A stretch of 64,000 nt of DNA from a virus, in the IMG/VR virus record IMGVR_UViG_3300021963_000034, positions 89,556-153,555 of that record. The stretch is one strand, 5' to 3'. The notes beneath the pieces were generated by a model. That model saw nothing but the letters and a program-made list of their open reading frames with translations. It did no database searches and had not been told where the DNA came from. Numbering within the stretch: the first letter of the stretch is position 1; the number at the start of each line of letters is the position of its first letter. Positions 9,844-20,350 of the stretch are shown one piece after another. The position numbers and the translations under genes are program-made.

Positions 9844-12800
9844 ATGGCTGATCCTATCATAAAAGTTAAAAGGTCTACAGTTCAGGGTAAAACACCCACG
9901 ATTGAACAGTTAGGTCTTGGAGAAATAGCCATTAACCATTATGATGCAAAACTGTTTATTCGCCAAGATACTTTAGGTGTAGGAATAGGAACCACTGTAG
10001 TTCAAATTGGAGTTCAAGGACTACAGGGTATTCAAGGTACTACTGGACCTCAAGGAACTACAGGATCTCAGGGTATTACTGGAACTCAAGGATCTACAGG
10101 TATTCAAGGTGCTACTGGGGCTCAGGGCACTATAGGATCTCAAGGCACTACAGGAACTCAAGGGTCTACAGGTACTCAAGGGACAACTGGTTCTCAGGGC
10201 ACTACTGGTTCACAAGGAACCACTGGAACTCAAGGAACCACCGGAACTCAAGGAACTACTGGAACTCAAGGAACTACAGGAAGTCAAGGTGCCACAGGAG
10301 CACAAGGGACATCAGCAGCAACTTCTATTACAAACAATACCGACAATTATGTAGTTACTGCAACAGGAAATGGTTCAACGCCATTTAATGGAGAAGCAAA
10401 CTTTACATTTGATGGAACAACGGTAAAAGCACCGATTTTAGAATCAACTCAATCTTCTGGTGATGAGGGTGGAGAACTTAAATTAAATAAGGCATCTACT
10501 AACACCACATTAAATACTGGAATTACCCTTGATGTTTATCAAAATAAACTTAGATTATTTGAAACTGGAGGAACTAATAGAGGTGGTTATTGGGATATAG
10601 CATCATTAGGTGCTGGTGTTGCAACTAATCTTTTAGCAGGAGGTGCTCAAGGTGCTACTGGTTCACAAGGAACCATAGGATCTCAGGGCACTACCGGAAC
10701 TCAAGGATCTACAGGTACTCAAGGTGCTATTGGTTCGCAAGGAACTACAGGTGCTCAAGGCGCTACAGGTTCTCAAGGAACCACAGGATCTCAGGGCACT
10801 ACTGGATCACAAGGATCTACAGGTGCTCAAGGCGCTACTGGATCACAAGGAACTACAGGATCTCAGGGCACTACCGGAACTCAAGGATCTACAGGTACTC
10901 AAGGATCTACAGGTGCTCAAGGCGCTACTGGATCACAAGGAACTACAGGATCTCAGGGCACTACCGGAACTCAAGGAACTACTGGAGCACAAGGTACTGA
11001 AGGATCTCAAGGTATTCAAGGCACTACCGGCCCAGTAGCAGGTTCTGCAAATCAAGTTGTTTATAAAGATGGGTCAAATAATCCAACAGGTTCTACCAAT
11101 CTGACTTTTAACGGAACAGAATTAGTTACTCATACATTAACTGTTCTCAACAATACGGATATCAATGGAAATTTAAATGTTGATGGAACAATTACTATTG
11201 GTGGAACATCAGCACAACTCAACACTCAACAACTTACAGTAGTTGATGCTGACATTGTTCTTGGTATTGGTACTTCATTCTCACCAAGCGATGCAACAGC
11301 GAGTCATGGTGGCATTGCAATTGCATCCACAGAAGGAACTCCACTTGTAAGTCTTGCTATTGGTGGAGAAACCAACCCAGACACATATAAGAAAATTATG
11401 TGGTTTAGGGGTGGCGATATTGGTGCCGGATATACTGATGCTTGGTTAAGTAACTATGCAATTGGCATTGGTTCAACACAATTGCCAAATGGTGTAAGAC
11501 TTGCTGCTGGTGGAATGCAAGTAACCGACACAACTTTAAGTATTCCACAACTAAATGTAACAAATTCATCTACTTTCCAAGGAAATGTATTTTTTGGTGA
11601 TAATGATAGGGCATATTTTGGTGACAGTTCCGATCTTGCTATTTTCCACAATCCAGTCAGCGGTAATAGTGTAATTTCTGCACTTAATGATGGAATACTA
11701 AGCATTAACGCCATAACACATACATTCAGGAGTCAGACTGGATCCGAAACTAAAGCAGTATTTTATTCTGATAGTTCAGTAGATCTTTACTATGATAATG
11801 TAAAAAGATTTGCAACGGCTGGAACTGGTGCAACTGTCTTTGGTACTTTGCATTCTCAGCAACTAAATTTATCTGGAGTTTCCACTTTTAGTGGAACTTT
11901 AGAACTTAATGCCGGATTAAGAGATATCTATAATAATGTAGGTGTTGCTGGTTCTATTCTAGTTTCTACTGGTGTTGGAGTGAGTTGGACTACTCCATTT
12001 GCTGCAGGTATTCAGGGACTTCAAGGAACCACTGGAACTCAAGGTGCTACAGGAACTCAAGGAACCACAGGTACTCAAGGTACAACAGGAACTCAAGGAA
12101 CCACAGGTACTCAAGGTGCTACAGGTGCTCAAGGCACTACAGGATCTCAAGGTACGGAAGGAACTCAAGGAACCACAGGTACTCAAGGTGCTACAGGTAC
12201 TCAAGGTACAACAGGAACTCAAGGAACCACAGGTACTCAAGGTGCTACAGGTACTCAAGGTACAACAGGAACTCAAGGAACCACAGGTACTCAAGGAACC
12301 ACAGGTACTCAAGGTGCTACAGGATCTCAGGGTACTACTGGAACTCAAGGAACCACAGGTACTCAAGGTGCTACAGGATCTCAGGGTACTACTGGAACTC
12401 AGGGTACTACTGGAACTCAAGGTGCTACAGGTTCTCAAGGAACCACAGGGGCAGGAACTCAAGGAACTACAGGAACTCAAGGAACTACAGGAACTCAAGG
12501 AACTGCAGGAACTCAAGGAACTTCAGGTGTTAATTATGACAAGTCAATTGCGTCATATACCGCAACATCTGGACAGACTAATTTTTCAGTAACTTATACG
12601 GTTGGATTTATTGACGTATTTTTAAATGGTGTCAGACTTTCAGAATCGGAATACACTGCATCAAATGGAACTTCTGTGGTATTGGCAGTAGGTGCAGTAT
12701 TAGGTGATGTTATTGATATTATTTCATACAATGGTGGAACCTTAGGTGCTCAAGGTACTCAGGGCGTCCAAGGTGCTGCAGGATCAGGTGCTCAAGGAAC

Positions 12801-14166
12801 AACAGGAAGTGGTGGAAGCGGTGGTGCTCCATATGCATTTAGTTCAACAACTACTGATGCGGATCCCGGAAATGGAATTTTAAGGTATGATAGTGGAACA
12901 ATTGGGTCTGTCAGTTTTATATACATTGATAATAATGACAGCAACTCAAATGTTCAGACAACTTGGTATGATACTTGGGATGATTCAACATCTTCATCCC
13001 AAAAAGGTTACTTAATTGTACAAGGAGCAACTTCAGGAAGCACTCTTATTAATATCTGGAGTATTACAGGTTCAGTCATTGCAGCATCTGGATACTATAA
13101 AATTCCAGTATCGCATATATCAGGTTCTTTACCTTCAAATGGTGCATCTGTAGCAGTTCAATTCTCAAGAACTGGTAATCAAGGAGTACAGGGAACCACA
13201 GGAACGCAAGGCACCACTGGAGCACAAGGAACTACAGGTGCTCAAGGCACCACTGGAGCACAAGGAACTGCAGGTGCTCAAGGCACTACTGGAACACAAG
13301 GAACCACAGGTACTCAAGGTACTACTGGAGCGCAAGTAACTGCTAAAACATATACAATCACTGTTCCATCAGGGACAGGCGGAGGTTTTTATATTGATAG
13401 TGTACAAAAGGATACAATCTATCTAATTCGCGGACAGAAGTATATTTTCGACCAGTCTGCTGCTAGCAACTCAGGACATCCAATTCTTTTAGCAACAACG
13501 GTTGATGGAACATCTTATAGCACTGGATGGTCTTACTCGGGAACTGCTGGTTCAAATGGATTAGGGACATTTACTGTTCCATATGATGCACCAAATACAC
13601 TTTATTATAAGTGCCAAAACCATAGCGGAATGGGTGGAACGATTATAATTAAAGATTTAACTGCAAATTCTCTTCAAGGTATTCAGGGTGCATCAGGAAG
13701 TTCTGGTAGTTCATCCATCACCAATGATACTACTACAAATAGCACAAGATATCCACTATTTTCCGATGTTTCCACAGGAACACCTACAGCAACTTATGCT
13801 TCAAGTACTAAATTAAACTTCAATCCGTCCACAGGAACATTATCAGCAACCGTATTTACTTCACTATCTGATAGAACACAAAAAACTGATATTCAATTAA
13901 TTGAAAACGCACTTGATTTGGTATCACAAATGGAAGGTGTAAGGTATAAGTGGAAGGATAATCACAATCAACCATCAATTGGTGTGATTGCACAAGATAT
14001 TGAAAAAGTAATTCCAGAAGTCGTTGTTGAAAATGAAAATGGTCTTAAGTCAGTTTCTTATGGGAATATTGTTGGAGTTTTGATTGAAGCAATTAAAGAG
14101 CAGCAGAAGTCGATTAAAAATTTACAAGAAAAAATTAATTATCTTGAAGATAATCTAAATACTTAA
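9844..14166 (+). CDS. collagen-like tail fibre with C-terminal peptidase S74 intramolecular chaperone
   Basis: IKVKRS...LGLGEIAIN N-terminus; five G-X-Y blocks; SLSDRTQKTDI...IGVIAQDIEKVIPEVV...VSYGNIVGVLIEAIKEQQ C-terminus. Confidence 0.85.
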   Translation: MADPIIKVKRSTVQGKTPTIEQLGLGEIAINHYDAKLFIRQDTLGVGIGTTVVQIGVQGLQGIQGTTGPQGTTGSQGITGTQGSTGIQGATGAQGTIGSQGTTGTQGSTGTQGTTGSQGTTGSQGTTGTQGTTGTQGTTGTQGTTGSQGATGAQGTSAATSITNNTDNYVVTATGNGSTPFNGEANFTFDGTTVKAPILESTQSSGDEGGELKLNKASTNTTLNTGITLDVYQNKLRLFETGGTNRGGYWDIASLGAGVATNLLAGGAQGATGSQGTIGSQGTTGTQGSTGTQGAIGSQGTTGAQGATGSQGTTGSQGTTGSQGSTGAQGATGSQGTTGSQGTTGTQGSTGTQGSTGAQGATGSQGTTGSQGTTGTQGTTGAQGTEGSQGIQGTTGPVAGSANQVVYKDGSNNPTGSTNLTFNGTELVTHTLTVLNNTDINGNLNVDGTITIGGTSAQLNTQQLTVVDADIVLGIGTSFSPSDATASHGGIAIASTEGTPLVSLAIGGETNPDTYKKIMWFRGGDIGAGYTDAWLSNYAIGIGSTQLPNGVRLAAGGMQVTDTTLSIPQLNVTNSSTFQGNVFFGDNDRAYFGDSSDLAIFHNPVSGNSVISALNDGILSINAITHTFRSQTGSETKAVFYSDSSVDLYYDNVKRFATAGTGATVFGTLHSQQLNLSGVSTFSGTLELNAGLRDIYNNVGVAGSILVSTGVGVSWTTPFAAGIQGLQGTTGTQGATGTQGTTGTQGTTGTQGTTGTQGATGAQGTTGSQGTEGTQGTTGTQGATGTQGTTGTQGTTGTQGATGTQGTTGTQGTTGTQGTTGTQGATGSQGTTGTQGTTGTQGATGSQGTTGTQGTTGTQGATGSQGTTGAGTQGTTGTQGTTGTQGTAGTQGTSGVNYDKSIASYTATSGQTNFSVTYTVGFIDVFLNGVRLSESEYTASNGTSVVLAVGAVLGDVIDIISYNGGTLGAQGTQGVQGAAGSGAQGTTGSGGSGGAPYAFSSTTTDADPGNGILRYDSGTIGSVSFIYIDNNDSNSNVQTTWYDTWDDSTSSSQKGYLIVQGATSGSTLINIWSITGSVIAASGYYKIPVSHISGSLPSNGASVAVQFSRTGNQGVQGTTGTQGTTGAQGTTGAQGTTGAQGTAGAQGTTGTQGTTGTQGTTGAQVTAKTYTITVPSGTGGGFYIDSVQKDTIYLIRGQKYIFDQSAASNSGHPILLATTVDGTSYSTGWSYSGTAGSNGLGTFTVPYDAPNTLYYKCQNHSGMGGTIIIKDLTANSLQGIQGASGSSGSSSITNDTTTNSTRYPLFSDVSTGTPTATYASSTKLNFNPSTGTLSATVFTSLSDRTQKTDIQLIENALDLVSQMEGVRYKWKDNHNQPSIGVIAQDIEKVIPEVVVENENGLKSVSYGNIVGVLIEAIKEQQKSIKNLQEKINYLEDNLNT
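10009..10310 (+). repeat. collagen-like (GTQGTT)n repeat block 1
   Basis: 18-bp period, GGAACTCAAGGAAC-like units. Confidence 0.9.
10642..11032 (+). repeat. collagen-like repeat block 2, containing a 78-bp exact duplication (10810-10887 = 10900-10977)
   Basis: direct comparison of the two segments. Confidence 0.9.
12007..12530 (+). repeat. collagen-like repeat block 3 (longest)
   Basis: near-perfect ACAGGTACTCAAGG units. Confidence 0.9.
13174..13335 (+). repeat. collagen-like repeat block near the C-terminal domains
   Basis: (GAQGTT)n. Confidence 0.85.
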
Positions 14167-14180
14167 AACTATAGAAAATA

Positions 14181-14627
14181 ATGGGAAAGTCAAGACAAAC
14201 ATCTAGTTTAGTTTCCAACGAACATATTTCTATAGATATAGTTAATAGTAGAGTTGGCATAGGAACCACAAATCCAACATCTAAGTTGACAGTTATTGGT
14301 GATACTAGAATAACTGGAATATTAACTGTAGGGTCAAGTTCGATTACGCTTGATGGGAATAATAATCAAGTTAATGTAGGAACTGGTATTACTTTACACC
14401 ATACAAATGGTATTCAGGTAGGTTCTAGTAGAATACATTCAACCGGAATTGAATCTCAAAATTTGATCATTAATGGTGAAACATTATCTGGTGCTGGTGT
14501 TACTTATATTACTGCCGGAAGTGGTATTTCTATCGACCAATCTACAGGAAATGTTACAATAACTGCTGCTGGTGGTGGCGGCATTTCAGAATCACAAGCA
14601 ATTGCATATGCAATTGCACTTGGTTAG
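14181..14627 (+). CDS. short tail-fibre-like protein
   Basis: RVGIGTTNPTSKLTV motif, AGSGISIDQSTGNVTI, terminal AIAYAIALG; TAAATA at 14157. Confidence 0.65.
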   Translation: MGKSRQTSSLVSNEHISIDIVNSRVGIGTTNPTSKLTVIGDTRITGILTVGSSSITLDGNNNQVNVGTGITLHHTNGIQVGSSRIHSTGIESQNLIINGETLSGAGVTYITAGSGISIDQSTGNVTITAAGGGGISESQAIAYAIALG

Positions 14628-14677
14628 TTTATTCTAATCAAAACTATAAATACTAAAAAGATAAGAACTATAAAATA

Positions 14678-17600
14678 ATGGCAAAGAAGCTTGTTTATAA
14701 TTATACATTTAATCCAGGTGCTTCTGGTGTTGGTAATATTGTAATTGAAGGAAATTATCCTGAGAGAACATTCCTTGTAATTACAAACACTACCGATAAT
14801 ATTATTATTTACAACTTTGCAGCTGCTGGATATGGTGGAACAACTACCTACAGTACTGTTACAGACCATACGACATTATATTTTGATTATAATACTTCTG
14901 CAATGGATTCTACGGACTCCCTGCAAATTTTCTTAGATGTTCAAGAAGACAGAATAGATTTCTCAGAAACTTATATAGACCCGGTAAGCAAACTTAGAGT
15001 TTCTGAACCACAGAACCTCATTGATACTGACTTTGAATATGGATTACAACCCACAAAGTGGGAAACTGTTGAGTTAGTAAATAATATTCCATCTTTTTAT
15101 GCCAATAGCGCGGACTATACGATTGCAAATATTGTAAAAGTAGAAACTGTTGCAGGATCAGAGAACGTAACAGTAACTACTGGAGATGCTCATAATTTAG
15201 TTGTTGGTGCTCCAATTGATGTTCAGGGTGTATCATCAAGAACTGCCGAAGGTAAGTTTTTGATTACTGCTGTCCCTACGACAACCACTTTTGTTTACAA
15301 GTCTAAGGGAATACAGGCATCCACTGGTGTAATTAATGGTGCTTATACCACTATTACTCCTGGTCAGTTTTATGCTGGGTCGGAAATTAATATTGACGAA
15401 TCAAAAGGTGTTGCGACTGATGGATTAACAAATTCATCACTTTCAATAGAGACTGCATATTCACACGGATTTGATCCTGGAACAAGTGTTTATATCACAA
15501 ATACTCTTGGTAGAGAAAGATATAATCTAACAGTTGGATTAGGATCTACTGCACCTGATGGTAGACCTTATGTGGATTATGATGAAACACTTCCAATTAA
15601 TTTATCTATAGATCCAAGTTTAACAGAAACAAAGGAGATGACCGGAACTTATGCATTTAAGTTCTCATCATCTGCGGTTAATACAACTGATAATACCATC
15701 ACCTGGACAAATCACCAACTTCAAGCAGGTGATGTTCTTCTTTATGTTCCACCATCAGGCGATACTCATATTGGAGGTCTACAAAGATTCCAGATTTATT
15801 ATGTGAAGTCTGCACCAACTGCAAATACAATTACTTTATGCGAAACGACAAATGGAGATTATACTAATAATGCTACTATTGACATAACATCACAAGGAAC
15901 TTCTAATTATGGAAGACATCAATTAATTCTTGGTTATGAAATTAGTTATGCAACAAAGAATGCTAATAATTATGAGTCATTTTTTTATACAAGAAGATGG
16001 TGGAATGGATCTGGTTCTGGAAGAGATTTATACACTTATGAATTAGATCCAGTAAGTGGTAGATATGGATATCACGGTCTTGGAAAAGCATATCCTTCAA
16101 GAATAATCACTGCCCAAAAAAGCGGTGGAACTACTATAAGTAATACTATTCACGCTGCTCCAACATATTCAACTCGTGATAATGCAAACTTCACTTTTGG
16201 AAAATCTGGAACAACTCCTGATGGATATGATTTCATAGAAGATTTTCAAAGATTTGAAACTTATTATTATCAAAATAATTATTATAATTATTGGTATTTC
16301 TATAATCCGGGATATTTTGTTGCTCCATATGTGAATGGATTTGATTATAGCAATTCTGCATCACAAACTTATACTGCGGGTACTACCTTCATTTTCTTAT
16401 TGAAAAAAGATACCGAATCTGATAGTTTTTACATTTCTAATCACGGATTAGCAAACAATTCATTAGCAACTTTAACAACTAGTAGTGGAAGTTCTCCATC
16501 ATATAGAACTGAAACTGGTACATTTTATGGTACAACTCCAACAACAGCAACTTTGGCAGGAGTATCGACATCAACTATTAGCGTATTAAATTCAAACAGA
16601 ATTAGATTTGCTGGAACTTCTAGATTAGATTCTGCAGCAGGTTCTTATACTTTGACCGGAAGTTTAAATAATCCAACCGCAAATAGTATTTACTTAGGTG
16701 TTAATAATTTCACTAATAATCAAACTGTTTTTATATCTGCTGGTTCTGGCGGTGGATTACCAACCACTACAAGTGGAGTTGCTCAACCAAGTTTAAGCAC
16801 TATTGATGTGGTTTATAATTCCGTTAAAACTGCACTGAATAGTATTAAAACTACAATGGGTGCCGATACTTGGGATATGATTTTAACTGGAAGTAATCAT
16901 CAAAATCCAATAACGCCAAATTACAATATAGTCAGTAATGGTATTCAATATTTTAACTATCAAAGAAGTTCTTTATATTTGACTAGGTATTCTCCTTCGA
17001 CTGGATATAATTCTACTACTTTAAATTTACCAATAAGTGGTTTTGCAAATGGTCAATCATATGATTTTGCAACTGGTAGTGCAATTGCCGGACGTGGATA
17101 TAATATGATTGCAACTCCTTTTGTTTCAAATACCACAGTACCATATTTGATTGATTTGTTTCAAATTCCTTATGAAGCAGGAGTTCAATTTAGTGAGTTA
17201 TATTATAATAATTGGTTTATATACAATTATGCATTATCTGGAACCCAAGATAATAGAAATGATTCTTATACAAATTGGATTTCTTTATCAAATGGTTGGA
17301 GATATCATTATGACACCAATTATATTGCACCACAGAGTCTTAATGGTTTTCATGGTCATATTTGTATGGTTGTCATTATTGATAACTCTAATTGGTCTGG
17401 ATATTATTCCACGCCAAGTCCCAACATCTACTTCCCAGGAGGTCAATATATGGCTCCATATACTTTTGGGTATATGGGACAAAGATATGTTGCCAATGTT
17501 ATTATTCCAGTAAAAGCGGGAACTACTACAACCAAATATGGTGCTTCTGGTTCTACATTAACCAATGCACAAATCGCGTCTAACATTGCAACAGAAATTT

Positions 17601-20302
17601 CAAATGCTCTTGTAAATCCTTCTTTCTCTGGACAAACAAACCAACAAGCAAAAGTTGATGTTGTTAATGGAAATAGAATTAGATTAAAATCTTCTACAAA
17701 TACCGTATATGATTTTACAGGATTTGGAACTGCACCAATAAGTTTAGAGACCGATGAAATTATCGGTGCATTAGATGGGTATTATAATGTAACTTCAACG
17801 ACACCAACCACTGCAAATATTCTCTTGAATAGAGAAGTTCCTAAGAGAGTTCTTGGTCTTACAAGTTCTAATTTTACTTCTGTTGGTGGTGTTGTTTATA
17901 TCAATTACTCCGGACATAAACTTAAATTAACACAACAAGTTGTATTTAATCAAACTACCTCACAAAATACTATTTCCGGATTAACAAGTGGAACAACATA
18001 TTATGCTGTTCCTGCAGGACCAAGTTATTTTTCTCTTGCATCAACTAAGCAGGATGCGGCAGGTGGAAATGTTATTAGTATTGGAACTACAACGACAGGA
18101 ACCTTTAATTTTACAGTTCCTTCAGTTTCTGGAATTGCATCTGGACCAGGAACAGTTGGTATCACATCTGATCTTAGAACTATTACTGGAACTGGAACTT
18201 TATTCAAGAGATTTTTCAAGTCCGGTGATACAATCCAAATAGAAGATACTACAACCACACCATCTTCTTATAAAAATCTTATAGTTTCTTCTGTCATTGA
18301 TGACACTATTATTACAGTGCAAGATACTCCTGGTATTACACTTGCTTCTACGCCACATTTTATTAGTACTAAAGTTAATGTAAGACCTGATGGAACAAAC
18401 TTACATCGTCCTTTTGATGGTGGTGTTGAAATTACGGCAGGTACTTCGCCAAATAGTGTTATTACTAGACAAACTCGTAAGTATTTCCGTTATCAGTCTG
18501 GTAAAGGTATTCAGTGTTCTCTTGCAATTAACTTTAACCCATCAAGAGTTGCAACTTCTGCTGTTGGCGTGGGTACAACTGCAACTATCACAACAAAATA
18601 TCCTCACGGACTATCCACTAGTAATAGAGTGACTATTAAGGGATCTACTGATACCGCTTATAATGGAACATTCAATATTATTTCTAGCACTCCTTTTACA
18701 TTCAAATATAATATGTTATCAACTCCCGCATCATCGGTTGCTGATGGTATTATTGAATATAATATTGACAGTTGGGCAAATAGTGTTATTCGTGCTGGAT
18801 TATTTGACTATCAGAATGGTTTCTTCTTTGAGTTTGATGGATCTACTTTATATGCAGTAAGGAGATCTTCTGTTCAACAATTACCAGGAACAGCATCAGT
18901 TCAAAAAGGTTCTAATATTGTTTATGGTACGGACACAAACTTTGATGGTCAACTTTCGGTTGGAGGATATGTTGTTATTCGTGGTGGGTCTTATAAGATA
19001 ACCAGACTGGTAAGTAATAGTGAAATGCACATTCAACCAGCATATAGAGGTTTGAGTGCAAGCGATATCATTATCACCAAAACTATTGATACAAGAGTTC
19101 CACAAACACAGTGGAATATTGATAAGGCAGATGGAACCGGACCATCAGGATTTGTTCTGGACAAAACTAAAATTCAGATGGCATATCTTGACTATTCTTG
19201 GTACGGTGCTGGTAAGATCCGTTTTGGATTTAAGGATACTTATGGTCATGTTAAGTATATGCACGAGTTTAGACACAATAACCGTCTAGAAGAAGCATAT
19301 ATGAGATCTGGTAATATTCCTGGTCGTTATGAGATTGAAAACATTGGAACACCAACTTATATTCCATCACTATTCCACTGGGGAACCTCTGTTATTATGG
19401 ATGGTAGATTTGACGATGATAAAGCATATCTCTTTACTGCATCTTCAAATTCTTTGATCTTCACGAACGGTGCATCAGTTACTGCAACCACAAATGCAAG
19501 TTCTGCTTTAACCAGTCAATACAACTTTCAATTTAGAAATTATGATTGGTATGTGAGACTTGCTTTCCCTATTGCTGATGCTGCTAAGTTTAGTACGGGA
19601 ACTAAACTTTATGCAACAGGATCTTTAAATGGTCAAGAAGTTGCATATACCCAATATTCTGGATCCACTTTTTATGTGTTTATCTTTATCCAAAGATCTT
19701 CCTCTGCACCAGCGGTTTATCCAACTGTAAATACTTCAACTGTTGTTAATATTGGTGCTCCTTCAACTGGCGGAACAGTGGTTGATCTTACAAAGGATAT
19801 TCCTCTAATTAGTATTCGTCTTGCACCTTCTGTTGATAATAACCTTACTGGTGCTGTTGGACAAAGGGAGATTATTAACCGAATGCAGTTGCAGTTGAAG
19901 TCACTGGGTATGACACTTTCTCACGATTGTGAAGTTGATCTTATTCTGAATGGATCTATTAGTAACTTAGATTTTACTTCGGTAAACAATCCTTCGCTTT
20001 CTCAACTTATTAAACACAGTACAGGTGATAAAGTTATTGGTGGAACCACTATTTTCTCTCTGAGAGCTTCTGGTGGTTCTGCGGGTATTAGCACTTCATC
20101 AAAGAGATTATCTAATACTACGGACTTTGATCTTTCCCAGATTACTGACTTGGGCAATTGTATACTTGGTGGTGATGGTGTATATCCAAATGGACCCGAC
20201 CTTCTTACTATTGCAATTAAACCAGTTGATACCTCGGAAATTAACGCAACTTCACCGCTTACAGTTTCTTCTAGAATTACCTGGACAGAATCTCAGGCAT
20301 AA
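14678..20302 (+). CDS. large virion structural protein
   Basis: 1874 aa; repeated T..AH.L..G..V.I.G beta domains; LIDTDFEYGLQPTKWE and RQTRKYFRYQSGKG motifs; TATAAATA at 14645. Confidence 0.75.
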   Translation: MAKKLVYNYTFNPGASGVGNIVIEGNYPERTFLVITNTTDNIIIYNFAAAGYGGTTTYSTVTDHTTLYFDYNTSAMDSTDSLQIFLDVQEDRIDFSETYIDPVSKLRVSEPQNLIDTDFEYGLQPTKWETVELVNNIPSFYANSADYTIANIVKVETVAGSENVTVTTGDAHNLVVGAPIDVQGVSSRTAEGKFLITAVPTTTTFVYKSKGIQASTGVINGAYTTITPGQFYAGSEINIDESKGVATDGLTNSSLSIETAYSHGFDPGTSVYITNTLGRERYNLTVGLGSTAPDGRPYVDYDETLPINLSIDPSLTETKEMTGTYAFKFSSSAVNTTDNTITWTNHQLQAGDVLLYVPPSGDTHIGGLQRFQIYYVKSAPTANTITLCETTNGDYTNNATIDITSQGTSNYGRHQLILGYEISYATKNANNYESFFYTRRWWNGSGSGRDLYTYELDPVSGRYGYHGLGKAYPSRIITAQKSGGTTISNTIHAAPTYSTRDNANFTFGKSGTTPDGYDFIEDFQRFETYYYQNNYYNYWYFYNPGYFVAPYVNGFDYSNSASQTYTAGTTFIFLLKKDTESDSFYISNHGLANNSLATLTTSSGSSPSYRTETGTFYGTTPTTATLAGVSTSTISVLNSNRIRFAGTSRLDSAAGSYTLTGSLNNPTANSIYLGVNNFTNNQTVFISAGSGGGLPTTTSGVAQPSLSTIDVVYNSVKTALNSIKTTMGADTWDMILTGSNHQNPITPNYNIVSNGIQYFNYQRSSLYLTRYSPSTGYNSTTLNLPISGFANGQSYDFATGSAIAGRGYNMIATPFVSNTTVPYLIDLFQIPYEAGVQFSELYYNNWFIYNYALSGTQDNRNDSYTNWISLSNGWRYHYDTNYIAPQSLNGFHGHICMVVIIDNSNWSGYYSTPSPNIYFPGGQYMAPYTFGYMGQRYVANVIIPVKAGTTTTKYGASGSTLTNAQIASNIATEISNALVNPSFSGQTNQQAKVDVVNGNRIRLKSSTNTVYDFTGFGTAPISLETDEIIGALDGYYNVTSTTPTTANILLNREVPKRVLGLTSSNFTSVGGVVYINYSGHKLKLTQQVVFNQTTSQNTISGLTSGTTYYAVPAGPSYFSLASTKQDAAGGNVISIGTTTTGTFNFTVPSVSGIASGPGTVGITSDLRTITGTGTLFKRFFKSGDTIQIEDTTTTPSSYKNLIVSSVIDDTIITVQDTPGITLASTPHFISTKVNVRPDGTNLHRPFDGGVEITAGTSPNSVITRQTRKYFRYQSGKGIQCSLAINFNPSRVATSAVGVGTTATITTKYPHGLSTSNRVTIKGSTDTAYNGTFNIISSTPFTFKYNMLSTPASSVADGIIEYNIDSWANSVIRAGLFDYQNGFFFEFDGSTLYAVRRSSVQQLPGTASVQKGSNIVYGTDTNFDGQLSVGGYVVIRGGSYKITRLVSNSEMHIQPAYRGLSASDIIITKTIDTRVPQTQWNIDKADGTGPSGFVLDKTKIQMAYLDYSWYGAGKIRFGFKDTYGHVKYMHEFRHNNRLEEAYMRSGNIPGRYEIENIGTPTYIPSLFHWGTSVIMDGRFDDDKAYLFTASSNSLIFTNGASVTATTNASSALTSQYNFQFRNYDWYVRLAFPIADAAKFSTGTKLYATGSLNGQEVAYTQYSGSTFYVFIFIQRSSSAPAVYPTVNTSTVVNIGAPSTGGTVVDLTKDIPLISIRLAPSVDNNLTGAVGQREIINRMQLQLKSLGMTLSHDCEVDLILNGSISNLDFTSVNNPSLSQLIKHSTGDKVIGGTTIFSLRASGGSAGISTSSKRLSNTTDFDLSQITDLGNCILGGDGVYPNGPDLLTIAIKPVDTSEINATSPLTVSSRITWTESQA

Positions 20303-20350
20303 TAAAGGCAAAATAAATACTAAAAAGATTAGTGTGATTTGATTAATTAA

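Noticed and set aside
10724-12592. Alternative-frame and minus-strand ORFs 10724, 11959, 11985 and 11999
   Set aside because: Shadows of the stop-poor collagen repeat.
3629-20302. DGR or invertase-driven fibre switching
   Set aside because: No reverse transcriptase or invertase, and no TR/VR pair or inverted cassette seen.
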